Positions 15,856 to 26,191 are shown, numbered from the stretch's first letter. The stretch: DNA of 30,458 bases from Candidatus Spongiisociaceae bacterium (GCA_965219685.1 CBDCOH010000001.1:1-30458), one strand, 5' to 3'. Program-made: numbers and translations. The notes: generated by a model from the letters alone, not told the origin.

Positions 15856-17319
15856 TTGCCTACCAACGGTCTTGACATTGTTTTCCGGGCACGGGACGAG
15901 ACGGGACGGGCTGTTCGGTCCGTCAACCGTGAGCTGAACAAGACGGGAGCCTCGACGAGCAAGCTCAACACTGCTCTTCAAGTGGCCGGACCGGCGCTGA
16001 TCGGACTAGGGACGGCGGCTGTTGCCGGTGTCACGACGTTGGTGGCCAACACCATATCGGCAAGCAAAGAGATCGATAACCTCGCCCGGGTTTCGGGGCT
16101 CGGTGCGGAGGGGCTGCAAGTGTACGCCCGGATAGCTGAAGAGTCCGGGGGTGACATGGAGGACGTGGCCGATGCGGCTCGGGAGATGCAACTACGGCTC
16201 ACGGAGGCCGCCAACCTCGGGTCGGGACCTGCCGTGGACGCTCTCCGGCTGCTCGGTGTCACCCTCGAAGAGCTTGAGGGGATGAACCCCGCCCAGCAGT
16301 TCGCCCTGTTGCGTGACCGTCTGTCGGAAGTGGAGGACCCGGCAAGGCGAGCATTCCTGGCGGAAGAACTGTTGGGTGGGTCGTCGGAGCGTCTGTTCGA
16401 GGTCGTCTCACGGTCGTCTCACGCTATCGAATCTCAAACCGAGGCCTTCCGGGAGTCGGGGCGGGTGATCTCAGACGAGGCGGTGGCCGCCGGTGTCAAA
16501 GCCTCCGAACAATTCGCTACTTTGACAGATCGGGCGGTAGGTCTTGGTACGGAGCTGGCGGTCACCCTGTTGCCGGCGGTGAACGCTGTCGTTGACGGGA
16601 TGTTGCGCATCTCCGACGCCGAGTTCGCTCTTGAACGGAACGCTGACCTCTTGCGGGAGATCGGTGTTCAAACCGACGGGGCGGCTACGGCCAACGAGGC
16701 CTTTACCGGCTTCCTGACTCGCAACCTGGACGCCTTGAGAACCAATAACGCCTCTGCCGAGGAAGCCGGGATTATCTACGGCCAGTTCACCGAGTCGATC
16801 ATGGCCAACACCGAAGCGATCATCGAGGCCGAACCGAATTGGGTGTCTGTCAATGAGAGATTCGGGTTCACCAAGACCACGGTGGTTGACCTGTCCGGCG
16901 CCACCGATTTTTTGCGTGGGCGTATGGGACCGCTCGGAGAGGCCGCTGGTGATCTCCGGTCACGGTTCGGGGAGCTCGCATCGGAGGCCACTTCGACGGC
17001 TACGGCGGTGAGCCGTGCGGCTGATAGTGCGGTGCGGTCCGTCGAGCGGATCGGTACCGCCCTGCAACAGGCTAGGAGGAACATCGCCCGTGGGACGGGC
17101 CGCACCTACTCGTATGCCACATCCACGGCTGTGCCCCTGGCTAACCCGTCCGATCTTGGTACCGGTGTTGACACTGGCATACCGTCCGATCTTGGTGTCG
17201 GCGGTGCTGGTGTGCAAACCGTGAACCTCAACTTGGACGGCAAACAGATCGCCGAGTTCGTGGTCGGTGAGGTCAACGACGGGATCGCTACTGGGACTAT
17301 CAATGTCGAAGGCGGATGA
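15856..17319 (+). CDS. Tape measure protein (487 aa, TTG start)
   Basis: LDIVFRARDET N-terminus, helical Ala/Glu-rich body, C-terminal VNLNLDGKQIAE. Confidence 0.88.
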   Translation: MPTNGLDIVFRARDETGRAVRSVNRELNKTGASTSKLNTALQVAGPALIGLGTAAVAGVTTLVANTISASKEIDNLARVSGLGAEGLQVYARIAEESGGDMEDVADAAREMQLRLTEAANLGSGPAVDALRLLGVTLEELEGMNPAQQFALLRDRLSEVEDPARRAFLAEELLGGSSERLFEVVSRSSHAIESQTEAFRESGRVISDEAVAAGVKASEQFATLTDRAVGLGTELAVTLLPAVNAVVDGMLRISDAEFALERNADLLREIGVQTDGAATANEAFTGFLTRNLDALRTNNASAEEAGIIYGQFTESIMANTEAIIEAEPNWVSVNERFGFTKTTVVDLSGATDFLRGRMGPLGEAAGDLRSRFGELASEATSTATAVSRAADSAVRSVERIGTALQQARRNIARGTGRTYSYATSTAVPLANPSDLGTGVDTGIPSDLGVGGAGVQTVNLNLDGKQIAEFVVGEVNDGIATGTINVEGG

Positions 17320-20300
17320 GTGACACGGGTTAGGACGCCGGTCACTGTCGAGGTTGGCTGGGCTGATCCGGCGGTAGACGTGTCCGCCGGTGTCGTGTTC
17401 GGCAGTGTGTCTCACGGGAGTCGGGAGTCGAATCCGGAACGGTCAACGGTGTCTGTGGCGCGTGGTCGGTTGGTGATGGAGGGAGACCGGTGGGCGCCGG
17501 GGAAGTCGTCGGCCTATTCGGAATCGGTGTTGTCTCGTCGGGCCTCTTGTAAGGTGAGCATTGGGGGGACGACGTTGTGGGTGGGGTGGATTGAGGGGCC
17601 GAGGGTGGATGACCGGGCCGGGCTGACTCGTACCACCTATCGGCTGGTCGGCTTGTTGGATACGGTGGCTCGTAATCGGGTTGATCTGGCATCAAGCACG
17701 ACGGATGCGACCACCGATGCCACTTTGTGGGGTGAGGCTACGGGTGCTGTGCCACGCCTGCTTGGGGCGTCGGGTGCTGGGATCACGTTTGCGCCGTTCA
17801 CTTACAAGGGTCGTGCGTTGGAGTTCGCCAGCCTGATTTCGCAAGTTACGGGTCGTCTTGCGGGGGAAGACAAGCATGGCCGGTTGGCGATGCCAACATA
17901 TGGGCGCCTACCGTCGAGTGGGGAGGTCACCGTTGAGAACTCGAACTACCTAGTCCGGGCCGTAGAAACCGAACAACTCGTTGGGACGGTGCGGAATCGA
18001 ATCACGATCCCGTTTGCCGTTGAACCGGTAGAGCGGCGGCTTGGTATAGATCGTCGATTCGTTCCTCCTAGTACGCAACCGACCTTGACTCCCCGATCCA
18101 CAAATTACCCGTACGCAAATATGAGTCCATCATCCCAACAAGTTGATCTTCAACTTCCCGCGCCGTTGCAAGGAACCACCTATAGCGATATTCAAGCCGA
18201 GGTGGTGTCCGCTACGGCTAATGTGCTTTCCCGCTTGCTGGTCAACAGGGACGGTCAAGTTTCGGCGCAAACTCAAGACTTGGACATCTCCTCGGCGGTC
18301 ACCATTACGCAACTCGGACTTGCCGGGGAACGCAACTATCGGGTTACGGTCGACGTTGACGGAACCGACACCATTGACTGGCTATGGGTCTTATCGGAAA
18401 GACCGCGTAGCGGTGGGACTAGTACGACGAACGTTTTCGCTCGGAATATTCCGATAGGTCGGTTCTACCCGATTCGGCAAGACGGAAGCACCATCTTTTA
18501 CGTCGGATCGCATTGGGCAACTGCGATTATCTCCGTTGAGGTGGTCTTCCGTCTTGCGTATACGTCTACGCATCAACCTGCCGATTCGCAATCGTTCAAT
18601 AATGGGGCCTCTCAGGGGTCTTGGGGAATCCGTGAGGTGTTCTGGCCGGTCTGGGTGGCAACCACCGGACTCGGAACGGGCGGCGCCAACCGTCGGCGCA
18701 TCGAAGCCGACCTTGCCGACCTTGCTCAGCCTCGCACATATCATGATGTGACACTTCCGCTTTGGCAGGACACCGTTGCCCGGCGGAACACCATAGCCGG
18801 CCTCGACTACGGCTCATATCTCGACCTGGGACTGGTAGACGCACGGCAGGGCGTCAACATCTCTGACAAGGTGGTGGTGGCCGAACGGACGGTCTCATGG
18901 GGCGCACGGCAAGTGCCCACCGTCCGCCTCCGATGCTTGCACACCGGGGAGGCGGGTACTCCTCCACCTGTAGCCGCGCCGGGTGTGCCCACTTCCCTCC
19001 GCCTGGCTGCCGGTGACAACGCTTTCACCGCATCCTGGCAAGCACCCACGTCGGGTGGGGAAGTGGCATCCTATGAGCTTGATTGGCGGTTGAACACTGC
19101 CACTTTGTGGACTTCGGTCACGGGCATTACCGGAGCCAGTCGGGAGGTGACCGGTCTTGCGGTGAACACTCGTTACGCCGCCCGGGTACGTGCCCGGAAC
19201 TCTGGTGGTGTGTCCGCTTGGACGGGCATAGCGCGGGTGACGACGAATCCTCCACCGGCGACACCACCGGGGCGGCCTCGGAATCTCACCTTCACTACCG
19301 CATCTCGGACCGTGGATGTCACTTGGGACCCTCCCAACAGCGGCGGGATCCCAACTCACTACCGGCTTCAGTCGGGTTCGTCGACCGCTTATGGTGACGA
19401 GGATCGGGTGTCGTCGTTGATCCGCACTTGGCAGTATGACCGGCTCACGAACGGGCAAGCCTGGTATGTGCGGGTGCGGGCGGAGAACGACGACGGTGAC
19501 TCGGGTTGGGTGGCCGGGTCTGCGACTCCGATGGCGAACCCTCCCGGACCGCCAAGGTCGCTTACGGCTACACCGGCTAATGGCAAGGTCGATCTCGCCT
19601 GGGTCGCACCCAATACTGGTGGGTCGGTGACGTGGTATGTGATCGATTTCGGTACGTCGACTTCTTATGGGACGACTCGGACGATCAGCGGTTCGACTCT
19701 CACCTATGAGGTGACCGGTTTGACGAACGACACCGAATATTTCTTTCGGGTGCGGGCTCGTAACACGGACGGCTTTTCGACGGGGGTGACTGCTACGGCT
19801 ACTCCGGCTGCTAATCCTCCCGGACCACCGCGGTCGCTGTCGGTGGATGAGGGCGACACGATGCTGACGCTCACCTGGCAAGCACCCGCTACTGGTGGTG
19901 CTGTGAGTCTCTACCGGATTCAATGGGGCACCACTACGGCCTATGGGTCGGAGCAGACGACCACCCGGGCCGTTCGAACGCTGATCATTCCGAATCTGAC
20001 GAACGACACCGAGTATTTCGTGCGGGTGCGGGCGGAGAACGACGACGGCGAATCGGCTTGGGTGACAGACAGTGGAACACCGGAAGAACCACCCCCGAGT
20101 CCGTATGCGCCTCCTCGGAACCTGCGAGCACACGGTGAGGCGATAGGCACGGGTGCACAAGCGTGGACCCGGGTCCAATGGGACGCACCGGACATGTCCA
20201 GTCTGCCCCCTCGCACATCGTTGAGCCAATATCAGGTCGAGTTCAAGTTCGGGAGCGGGAATTGGACTGGACGGCATGCACGGTCGGCCAACAATCGTGT

Positions 20301-20523
20301 GTCTGCTTTCCGGCAGACTGGGCTCACCTATCAGGCACGGGTCCGGGCCTTGTATACGCACCGGGACGAAATGGGTAATGCCACCCAGCATCTGTCCGAG
20401 TGGCATACCGCTTCGATCAACTTTGCCACATTTTTCGCCTCTGCACGGGCACCGTTGACCCTCGAGGAGTTACCATTGACCCTACAAGAGCTGCTACTAA
20501 CCCCGACCGAGGTGAGAACGTGA
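17320..20523 (+). CDS. Tail-tip/hub protein with five C-terminal fibronectin type III domains (1067 aa)
   Basis: Follows the tape measure gene; repeated P..PRNL/PRSL...W..P..GG....Y...GL.....Y..RVRA.N..G units. Confidence 0.85.
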   Translation: MTRVRTPVTVEVGWADPAVDVSAGVVFGSVSHGSRESNPERSTVSVARGRLVMEGDRWAPGKSSAYSESVLSRRASCKVSIGGTTLWVGWIEGPRVDDRAGLTRTTYRLVGLLDTVARNRVDLASSTTDATTDATLWGEATGAVPRLLGASGAGITFAPFTYKGRALEFASLISQVTGRLAGEDKHGRLAMPTYGRLPSSGEVTVENSNYLVRAVETEQLVGTVRNRITIPFAVEPVERRLGIDRRFVPPSTQPTLTPRSTNYPYANMSPSSQQVDLQLPAPLQGTTYSDIQAEVVSATANVLSRLLVNRDGQVSAQTQDLDISSAVTITQLGLAGERNYRVTVDVDGTDTIDWLWVLSERPRSGGTSTTNVFARNIPIGRFYPIRQDGSTIFYVGSHWATAIISVEVVFRLAYTSTHQPADSQSFNNGASQGSWGIREVFWPVWVATTGLGTGGANRRRIEADLADLAQPRTYHDVTLPLWQDTVARRNTIAGLDYGSYLDLGLVDARQGVNISDKVVVAERTVSWGARQVPTVRLRCLHTGEAGTPPPVAAPGVPTSLRLAAGDNAFTASWQAPTSGGEVASYELDWRLNTATLWTSVTGITGASREVTGLAVNTRYAARVRARNSGGVSAWTGIARVTTNPPPATPPGRPRNLTFTTASRTVDVTWDPPNSGGIPTHYRLQSGSSTAYGDEDRVSSLIRTWQYDRLTNGQAWYVRVRAENDDGDSGWVAGSATPMANPPGPPRSLTATPANGKVDLAWVAPNTGGSVTWYVIDFGTSTSYGTTRTISGSTLTYEVTGLTNDTEYFFRVRARNTDGFSTGVTATATPAANPPGPPRSLSVDEGDTMLTLTWQAPATGGAVSLYRIQWGTTTAYGSEQTTTRAVRTLIIPNLTNDTEYFVRVRAENDDGESAWVTDSGTPEEPPPSPYAPPRNLRAHGEAIGTGAQAWTRVQWDAPDMSSLPPRTSLSQYQVEFKFGSGNWTGRHARSANNRVSAFRQTGLTYQARVRALYTHRDEMGNATQHLSEWHTASINFATFFASARAPLTLEELPLTLQELLLTPTEVRT

Positions 20524-20678
20524 ACGACCGGGAAGCGATGGCCATCGGACACATTGAGATCGTGCTCCGAACCCTCGGAGACATCTACGACGACCAAGAA
20601 ATCAACCAAGGAGAGACGCAAGGCATGATCGACCAACTTGAGACTGCCATCAGAATCCTCAAGGGCGACCCGTCATGA
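20520..20678 (+). CDS. Copy 2 of the small hypothetical protein 335..493
   Basis: Identical translation. Confidence 0.7.
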   Translation: MNDREAMAIGHIEIVLRTLGDIYDDQEINQGETQGMIDQLETAIRILKGDPS

Positions 20679-20875
20679 AAACAGTCCCTCCCCCGTCGGC
20701 CACTGTTCCGTCGGCGGCTGTTAATGACGCCATTGAACACATCGAGGCCGCCAAGTCGGAGCTGTGGGTGCTGGTCAACCAGGTGAGGAACCAAGGGAAG
20801 CTGCAAGAAGCTGACCTTCACTATGTGCTCGAACATTTGCGTAGTGCGCTCTTCGATCTGGGCGACTATTCGTGA
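20675..20875 (+). CDS. Copy 2 of the small hypothetical protein 490..690
   Basis: Identical translation. Confidence 0.7.
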   Translation: MKTVPPPSATVPSAAVNDAIEHIEAAKSELWVLVNQVRNQGKLQEADLHYVLEHLRSALFDLGDYS

Positions 20876-22386
20876 CACTTCCCGCATCCTGGGAACTTAG
20901 CCGTACTCAGGACCAATCGGCCACTCCACCGAACACCGACGTGGCCATCCTCATCCCTGAGGAGGCCGGGGCCGTTCCGACGACCATCACGCTGGCGCAT
21001 TTGGCCGAGGTGCTCGGTGACCTTCGCCACTGGCGGGGTGTGTGGGCGGGGGATGGCCGCCGATATGTGGTCAACGATGTGGTGGTGCACGCGGAGAGGC
21101 TTTGGGCTTGTAACACGTCGCATCTTTCGTCGGATCATTCCGCACCGCATACCAGTACGGGAGCGTCGGTGTGGACACCGGTCGATAACGTGGCCGTCAA
21201 CCAGGCGGCCTTGGCCAACGTGCACGCCCAGGCGGCTGCTGCTACTGCTCATGGGGCGCAACTGGTGGCTACTGCCGCTCAAGATGATGCTGATACGGCA
21301 AGGTCGGAAGCGGCCAATGCTCAGTCGGCGGCCACTCGGGCGCAATCGACAGCTAACCAAGCGCAAGCGTCTGCTGATCAGGCGTTGGCTCGGCGGCTGG
21401 TCCGCCAACTCACACCGGACACCGTGAGCATTCGCTACGGGTCGGGGTCGGACTTTCAAGGCCCGAGCCTGCCACCTGCCACCGAGGACCAAGCCGGGCT
21501 GATGAGCCGGGCGCAAGTGTCGAAACTCAACGGCATACCGGCTGGGGGTGTGGATCCGTCGGGCAACATCACCGCGGCTCAAATAGTCACCTTGCTCGAG
21601 GGGTTGACCGGCGATGATCGCCTGGACTATTCGGCTTTGGATGACACGCCCACGATTCCGTCGTTGCGGACCGGGGCCGAAACTGCCCGGTTGCTCGATG
21701 CTCTCACCGGCGATGACCGCCTGGACTATGAGTCTCTCCGGAACCGTCCGGTCGTCCCTCAGCAATTCTCACCGCAAGGGAACTGGGTGAACGGGTACAC
21801 GTACACCCCGGGCCAGGTGGTGCGCCATTTCACTTCGCTTGGTTATGAGGTGCTGGCCTACTGTCGGGAAGAGCATACGGCCACTTTGGGTAATGCGCCA
21901 ACGGAAGACAACTCGACTCAGTGGTTCATTTTGATGGCCGTTCCCCAGTCGGATTGGGACAGCTCGAACACGTCGGCCCTGGAGTTCATCAGGAACAAGC
22001 CGAACCTGCACGAACCGCGTATGTTGAACACGAACGGCTACCGCATTGACCCGTCAGATGGGCATTCTGATGAGGTGTTTCGCCCGTTGACGCCGGTCCT
22101 GTCCGCCCAGGCCCTACCCGCTTCGACTTTGTTCAGCGTGTTCCATGTCGCGAACACGGGAGCTAGCGTGGTTCATACGTGGCAACAGTGGCCACCGGCG
22201 AACACGATTCCCCAAGCTGCCGTAGGTGGGACTAGTCAGGGGTTCCGAATGCTCGTAGATTCGTGGGCGGTTGGGGCCGAACCGACCCGTACCCAAGTGT
22301 TGATAGCCCGAGACATCAACACGGATAACCTGCTTTATCTTGGTCCCGCTGCCCTAACTCCGTTCTATATTCTGTACCTGCCCTGA
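20872..22386 (+). CDS. Tail fibre (copy 2)
   Basis: Identical translation to 687..2201. Confidence 0.75.
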   Translation: MTLPASWELSRTQDQSATPPNTDVAILIPEEAGAVPTTITLAHLAEVLGDLRHWRGVWAGDGRRYVVNDVVVHAERLWACNTSHLSSDHSAPHTSTGASVWTPVDNVAVNQAALANVHAQAAAATAHGAQLVATAAQDDADTARSEAANAQSAATRAQSTANQAQASADQALARRLVRQLTPDTVSIRYGSGSDFQGPSLPPATEDQAGLMSRAQVSKLNGIPAGGVDPSGNITAAQIVTLLEGLTGDDRLDYSALDDTPTIPSLRTGAETARLLDALTGDDRLDYESLRNRPVVPQQFSPQGNWVNGYTYTPGQVVRHFTSLGYEVLAYCREEHTATLGNAPTEDNSTQWFILMAVPQSDWDSSNTSALEFIRNKPNLHEPRMLNTNGYRIDPSDGHSDEVFRPLTPVLSAQALPASTLFSVFHVANTGASVVHTWQQWPPANTIPQAAVGGTSQGFRMLVDSWAVGAEPTRTQVLIARDINTDNLLYLGPAALTPFYILYLP

Positions 22387-22413
22387 CTCCTCGTATCATC
22401 GTGATGGGCTCAT

Positions 22414-23136
22414 TCACTCGGCGGCTTTCTGTAGCCGACTGAGGGCGGCGTCGCGTTGGGCGTCTGTCCACTCGGCCGGGTTTGACGACCCGTATCTAGT
22501 GGCCAGCGACTTATCAATGTCTTCAGGGTTCAGGCCTTTGTCAGCGCCGTATTGGGCGAGGGCCTGAGCCAGGGCGTCTATCCGTCCTTGATCCCACGGG
22601 GTTTCACGGTGCTGTTTGGCCCGTCTTCTGATCTCTTTCATCGTTCCATTCGGTGACGGTTCCGGGCTGTCGTAGGCCCTCATCGTAGACCCAGGGGGAG
22701 GCCCAGGGCGAGGCCCAGGCCCTGGGCCTGGGGCGGCCTTCGGTTCGGCGTCGATATCTTCCGACATGTCACCCGTCGCCAACAAAACCTTGCCACGTAG
22801 CCAATATTTCATCGCGTAGGTTCTGACTGCTGCCATCGACTGGGCGCCGGTCACCTGTACCAACACTGTCACACGTTCCGGGTCGTCTTGATATGACCCG
22901 TCAGCTTTGCGTAAAGCCATCTCATAGGTGACCTGTACCCACGCCTTGCCATTGCGGTCGATCATTTCGAACGCAACTTCGGTCTGATACGGTAGGTACC
23001 CGGCGGCCAATAGGGCCGGACGCACATGGGCGTAGATGGCATCAGCCGACGCGTAGTCGTAGCCGGCGAAGGCGTTCCGCTGGTCTTTGGGCACGTGGGC
23101 GGCGATGGCCGCCAACGCATCAGTTAGGTTCGTCAT
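22414..23136 (-). CDS. erf: ERF-family recombinase (copy 2)
   Basis: Identical translation to 2229..2951. Confidence 0.85.
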   Translation of the reverse strand: MTNLTDALAAIAAHVPKDQRNAFAGYDYASADAIYAHVRPALLAAGYLPYQTEVAFEMIDRNGKAWVQVTYEMALRKADGSYQDDPERVTVLVQVTGAQSMAAVRTYAMKYWLRGKVLLATGDMSEDIDAEPKAAPGPGPGPRPGPPPGSTMRAYDSPEPSPNGTMKEIRRRAKQHRETPWDQGRIDALAQALAQYGADKGLNPEDIDKSLATRYGSSNPAEWTDAQRDAALSRLQKAAE

Positions 23137-23138
23137 AG

Positions 23139-24059
23139 TTATCTGACCCTTATCTGGTAGGTGGTGTACTCTGGCCGCCGGTACCGTTCGGCCGCCAGTT
23201 CGAACGCCTCCGGGTCGTCGTTGTACAACTCGCGTGCCATTGTCTTGTAGTCAACAGCGCCTTGCCGTCGGACACGGGTCACGGCTACTCCGGCGCCGAC
23301 GGCCCGACGATCAGGCTGTTCTTCCGCTAGGGTGATCAGTCGCTGCCGGGCCGCCTTACGTTCACCAGCGGCGGTCTTGTACTCACCATCCCAGGTCGCA
23401 TAATCCGAGGCCGCCTGGCGCCACGCCTCGTCACGAATCCCCGGCTGTAACCCCTCGGTGAACGCTGTCCATTCGTCTTCTAACTGGTCCCACCATGTCA
23501 ACAGATACGCTGCGGGGATCACCATTTCACGAACGGGGAACCCGTCGCCCGGTTTGGTAGCGATCAGACGACAGGTAGCTTCACGGTCACCGACCACGTG
23601 CGCCTGGTGGACTAACTGCCACCACACTTCGGGCAGTGCCTGTTGTAGGTCCCTCATATGAACACCGGTTTCGGGATCAAGAGCGCGCCATACGCGACTG
23701 CGGTGGCTCATTGGTGATTTGATTTCCCACCATGTCGCCCCGAACGGATTTGATAGGTCGGCCAGGTCAAGACTGGCCCCATACTGACCCCGTTGAACAG
23801 CGACCGGTTTCAGACCCGGCCATACCGTATCCCGATATAAGGCTTCACGTCGTTGACCTTCGGCCCACATACGCCGTGTCTGTTCCGTCGGTTCGTCCAC
23901 GCTGTCAGGGTGACGTAGATGTTCCCACGTGGTCTTAGCCCAGTAGGACGGGGCCACGTTCATTATCACCGGGGCGTCACTGGCCGACAGGATGCTGACC
24001 CGCCACTCCAACCATTCGGGCGTGTTCTGCTCAACGTCAACGACTGATCGGACGGTCAT
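23139..24059 (-). CDS. YqaJ-family exonuclease (copy 2)
   Basis: Identical protein; one synonymous SNP at 24015. Confidence 0.88.
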   Translation of the reverse strand: MTVRSVVDVEQNTPEWLEWRVSILSASDAPVIMNVAPSYWAKTTWEHLRHPDSVDEPTEQTRRMWAEGQRREALYRDTVWPGLKPVAVQRGQYGASLDLADLSNPFGATWWEIKSPMSHRSRVWRALDPETGVHMRDLQQALPEVWWQLVHQAHVVGDREATCRLIATKPGDGFPVREMVIPAAYLLTWWDQLEDEWTAFTEGLQPGIRDEAWRQAASDYATWDGEYKTAAGERKAARQRLITLAEEQPDRRAVGAGVAVTRVRRQGAVDYKTMARELYNDDPEAFELAAERYRRPEYTTYQIRVR

Positions 24060-24373
24060 TCGATACGCCCGATCGAATGGGCCAGATGAACCAACGAACA
24101 GATGGAACACTCCCTCTCCGGCTCGTGGTCGACCCCACCGTGGTAAAGCACTTTGTTCACCTGGTTACGCCGGGTCATCCGACCTGACACGATACTTAGC
24201 TGGGCCATCAGAGCATGATACAAATTGACTTGATCCTGAAGATCATCCGCCCGATCACGATACATATTGACTTGATCCTGGAGATGATCGGCCCGGTCGC
24301 TCAGCTCGATTATTTGCCGGGTCAATCGGTCTTCCACATCGCGGATGGCATGGTCTGTTTGGTCTAGTTCCAT
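24056..24373 (-). CDS. Coiled-coil hypothetical protein (copy 2)
   Basis: Identical translation to 3871..4188. Confidence 0.7.
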   Translation of the reverse strand: MELDQTDHAIRDVEDRLTRQIIELSDRADHLQDQVNMYRDRADDLQDQVNLYHALMAQLSIVSGRMTRRNQVNKVLYHGGVDHEPERECSICSLVHLAHSIGRIE

Positions 24374-24403
24374 TGAACTCCGCCTTTCGTCGTCAAACCC
24401 AAC

Positions 24404-24599
24404 ACCATACCCGCTGTCGTGGGTCCTGTCAACCCCCAACCCCAACCCTCAACCAAAGGTTGAGACTTTTCCCCCAACCCTCAACCAAAGGTTGAGACTC
24501 TTCCCCAACCCTCAACCAAAGGTCGAGGGTTCGAAAGGTGTGAAAAAAAAGTCTCAACCTCAAGTTTAACTTGACACTCAACTGACATCGACCTATCGT
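24404..24599. promoter_or_regulatory. Divergent promoters with a three-unit palindromic repeat array (copy 2)
   Basis: Promoters at 24404..24432 (-) and 24571..24599 (+); repeat units at 24446, 24478 and 24509. Confidence 0.8.
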
Positions 24600-24815
24600 A
24601 AACCATCGTGACAGTCGACTAGACTCAAACACACTAGAGTCACTCTCTCACGATCACGGCCTCAACCGAACAGGCCAAAATTGGATTAGACTGACCTCAA
24701 CGATCTCTGGCCGCCAGGGTCTTCTAATGGGTCCATCCACCCGCCTTTCTCAACCCCGGCGGCCAGAATTAAATGCTTTTTATTAAAAAAAGCCCCGAAC
24801 CGAACGGAGAACCCC

Positions 24816-26024
24816 ATGCCGATCGAAGTCGAAATCACCACCGCCCTCACCAAAGAAAAAGTGGGCGCCAAAGCCACCGGCCAAGAAACCTACGACCACA
24901 CCCAATGGGAAACGTGGGAACCATGGTTCAACCGTCACCTCACATGGAACCAAATCTGGAACAAACTAATGACCGCTTGGAACGTGTCCAACCCACCCGC
25001 CATAGCCAGCGTCACCTACAACGCCGGCCAACAAGGAAACGGCGTACAGAACATCAACGGCGGCTACATATGGCCCTACGAAGGCCAACCGTACGCCAAA
25101 ATACCCGGCGTACGCTCCGCCCAAGTCATCACCACCCCAACCAAACAACCCAACATCACCCTCAAACGAAACGCCGCCCTACTCGACCACCACGTCTTCT
25201 TCAACAAACTCAAAGACGGTTCCAAAGTCCACGAATCCGCCACCGTCAGCCTCGAAGTCAAACAAGGCGTCTCATCCGAATGGTCAAAAGAACGATCAAT
25301 CGGAGGATCAGTTAGCGTCGGCGTCAAAGTCGGCGTAGAAGGAGCCGGAGACATCGAAACATCCACCACATTCAACTGGGAAACCAAAATCGGAGAATCC
25401 CACACCCAATCACGAGAACTAGGCGCCGGAGAAACATCACAACTCGAAGTCGAACTCGAACCCGGCGACTACGCCCTGGGCATGTTCGGCGCCTACCTAG
25501 GAACCATCACCGCCGTCTGCGACATAACCGCCACCCTACAAGGCGGAGTGGTATTCAACATCGCCCCACATTACTGGATCAACTTCACCACCATAGGAAC
25601 CCCCAACCACCCCCCCGTCGTGAAACCCGTAACCCGATGCTGGGTATCCTGGGACCACCTCAACCAAGTCATAACAGACGGCCCCGAAACCTACCCCACC
25701 GCCAATGCCACCCTACTCATAGACGTAGGATGGTACGCCGACAGCCGCATAGGCGTCTACCCCCTAGCCGACGGCTCCGAAGACAGCATCAACCAAGCCC
25801 TACACCAAGCCCTCGGAACACCACGCGTAGCCGACGCCCACCCACCAAAAAACATGCCCGCTACACTCAACGAACAGGGGAAAGGTAAGGCGGTCACCCG
25901 GGGGTCAGGATGCGGCTACCCAAAACCTGGGCAGCCTCGGGGTTCGATCCCCCACCCGGTGACCACCCTACCCCCCCACCCTCCCACCCCCTCCCACACC
26001 CCCTTCCTATACTCACAACCATGA
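24816..26024 (+). CDS. Aerolysin-family pore-forming protein (copy 2; E72Q, S397F)
   Basis: Same ORF as 4663..5871 with two amino-acid changes. Confidence 0.75.
   Translation: MPIEVEITTALTKEKVGAKATGQETYDHTQWETWEPWFNRHLTWNQIWNKLMTAWNVSNPPAIASVTYNAGQQGNGVQNINGGYIWPYEGQPYAKIPGVRSAQVITTPTKQPNITLKRNAALLDHHVFFNKLKDGSKVHESATVSLEVKQGVSSEWSKERSIGGSVSVGVKVGVEGAGDIETSTTFNWETKIGESHTQSRELGAGETSQLEVELEPGDYALGMFGAYLGTITAVCDITATLQGGVVFNIAPHYWINFTTIGTPNHPPVVKPVTRCWVSWDHLNQVITDGPETYPTANATLLIDVGWYADSRIGVYPLADGSEDSINQALHQALGTPRVADAHPPKNMPATLNEQGKGKAVTRGSGCGYPKPGQPRGSIPHPVTTLPPHPPTPSHTPFLYSQP
25895..25965 (+). ncRNA. tRNA-like element (copy 2)
   Basis: As 5742..5812, with C>T at 25928. Confidence 0.45.
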
Positions 26025-26191
26025 AACCCAACCAAACCAAAGGCCTCTTCGGCACACTGATCTACTCAGCCGGCCTCATAATGGCACTCTCCGCCACCCT
26101 CTCCACCCCCCCCAAACCCTGGATCATCACCACCGGCTTCGTCGTCATGATCGTCGGCTACATCCTCCAAAACCACGAACAACCAAACTGA
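26021..26191 (+). CDS. Small 2-TM membrane protein (56 aa; probable native version, holin-like size)
   Basis: MKPNQTKGLFGTLIYSAGLIMALSATLSTPPKPWIITTGFVVMIVGYILQNHEQPN; C/A-ending codons continue to the stop. Confidence 0.7.
   Translation: MKPNQTKGLFGTLIYSAGLIMALSATLSTPPKPWIITTGFVVMIVGYILQNHEQPN

Larger units (their letters stand above)
1..20185. mobile_element. Small tailed-phage genome (one full unit, circularly permuted)
   Basis: Contains TerL, portal, capsid, tape measure, tail and recombination genes; the sequence from position 1 recurs at 20186. Confidence 0.95.

Noticed and set aside
18895-20406. Long antisense ORFs (503 aa here; also 6614..7798, 681..1580, 14052..14651)
   Set aside because: Shadow frames of high-GC genes: Arg/Pro-rich, motif-less and fully overlapping well-supported CDSs.
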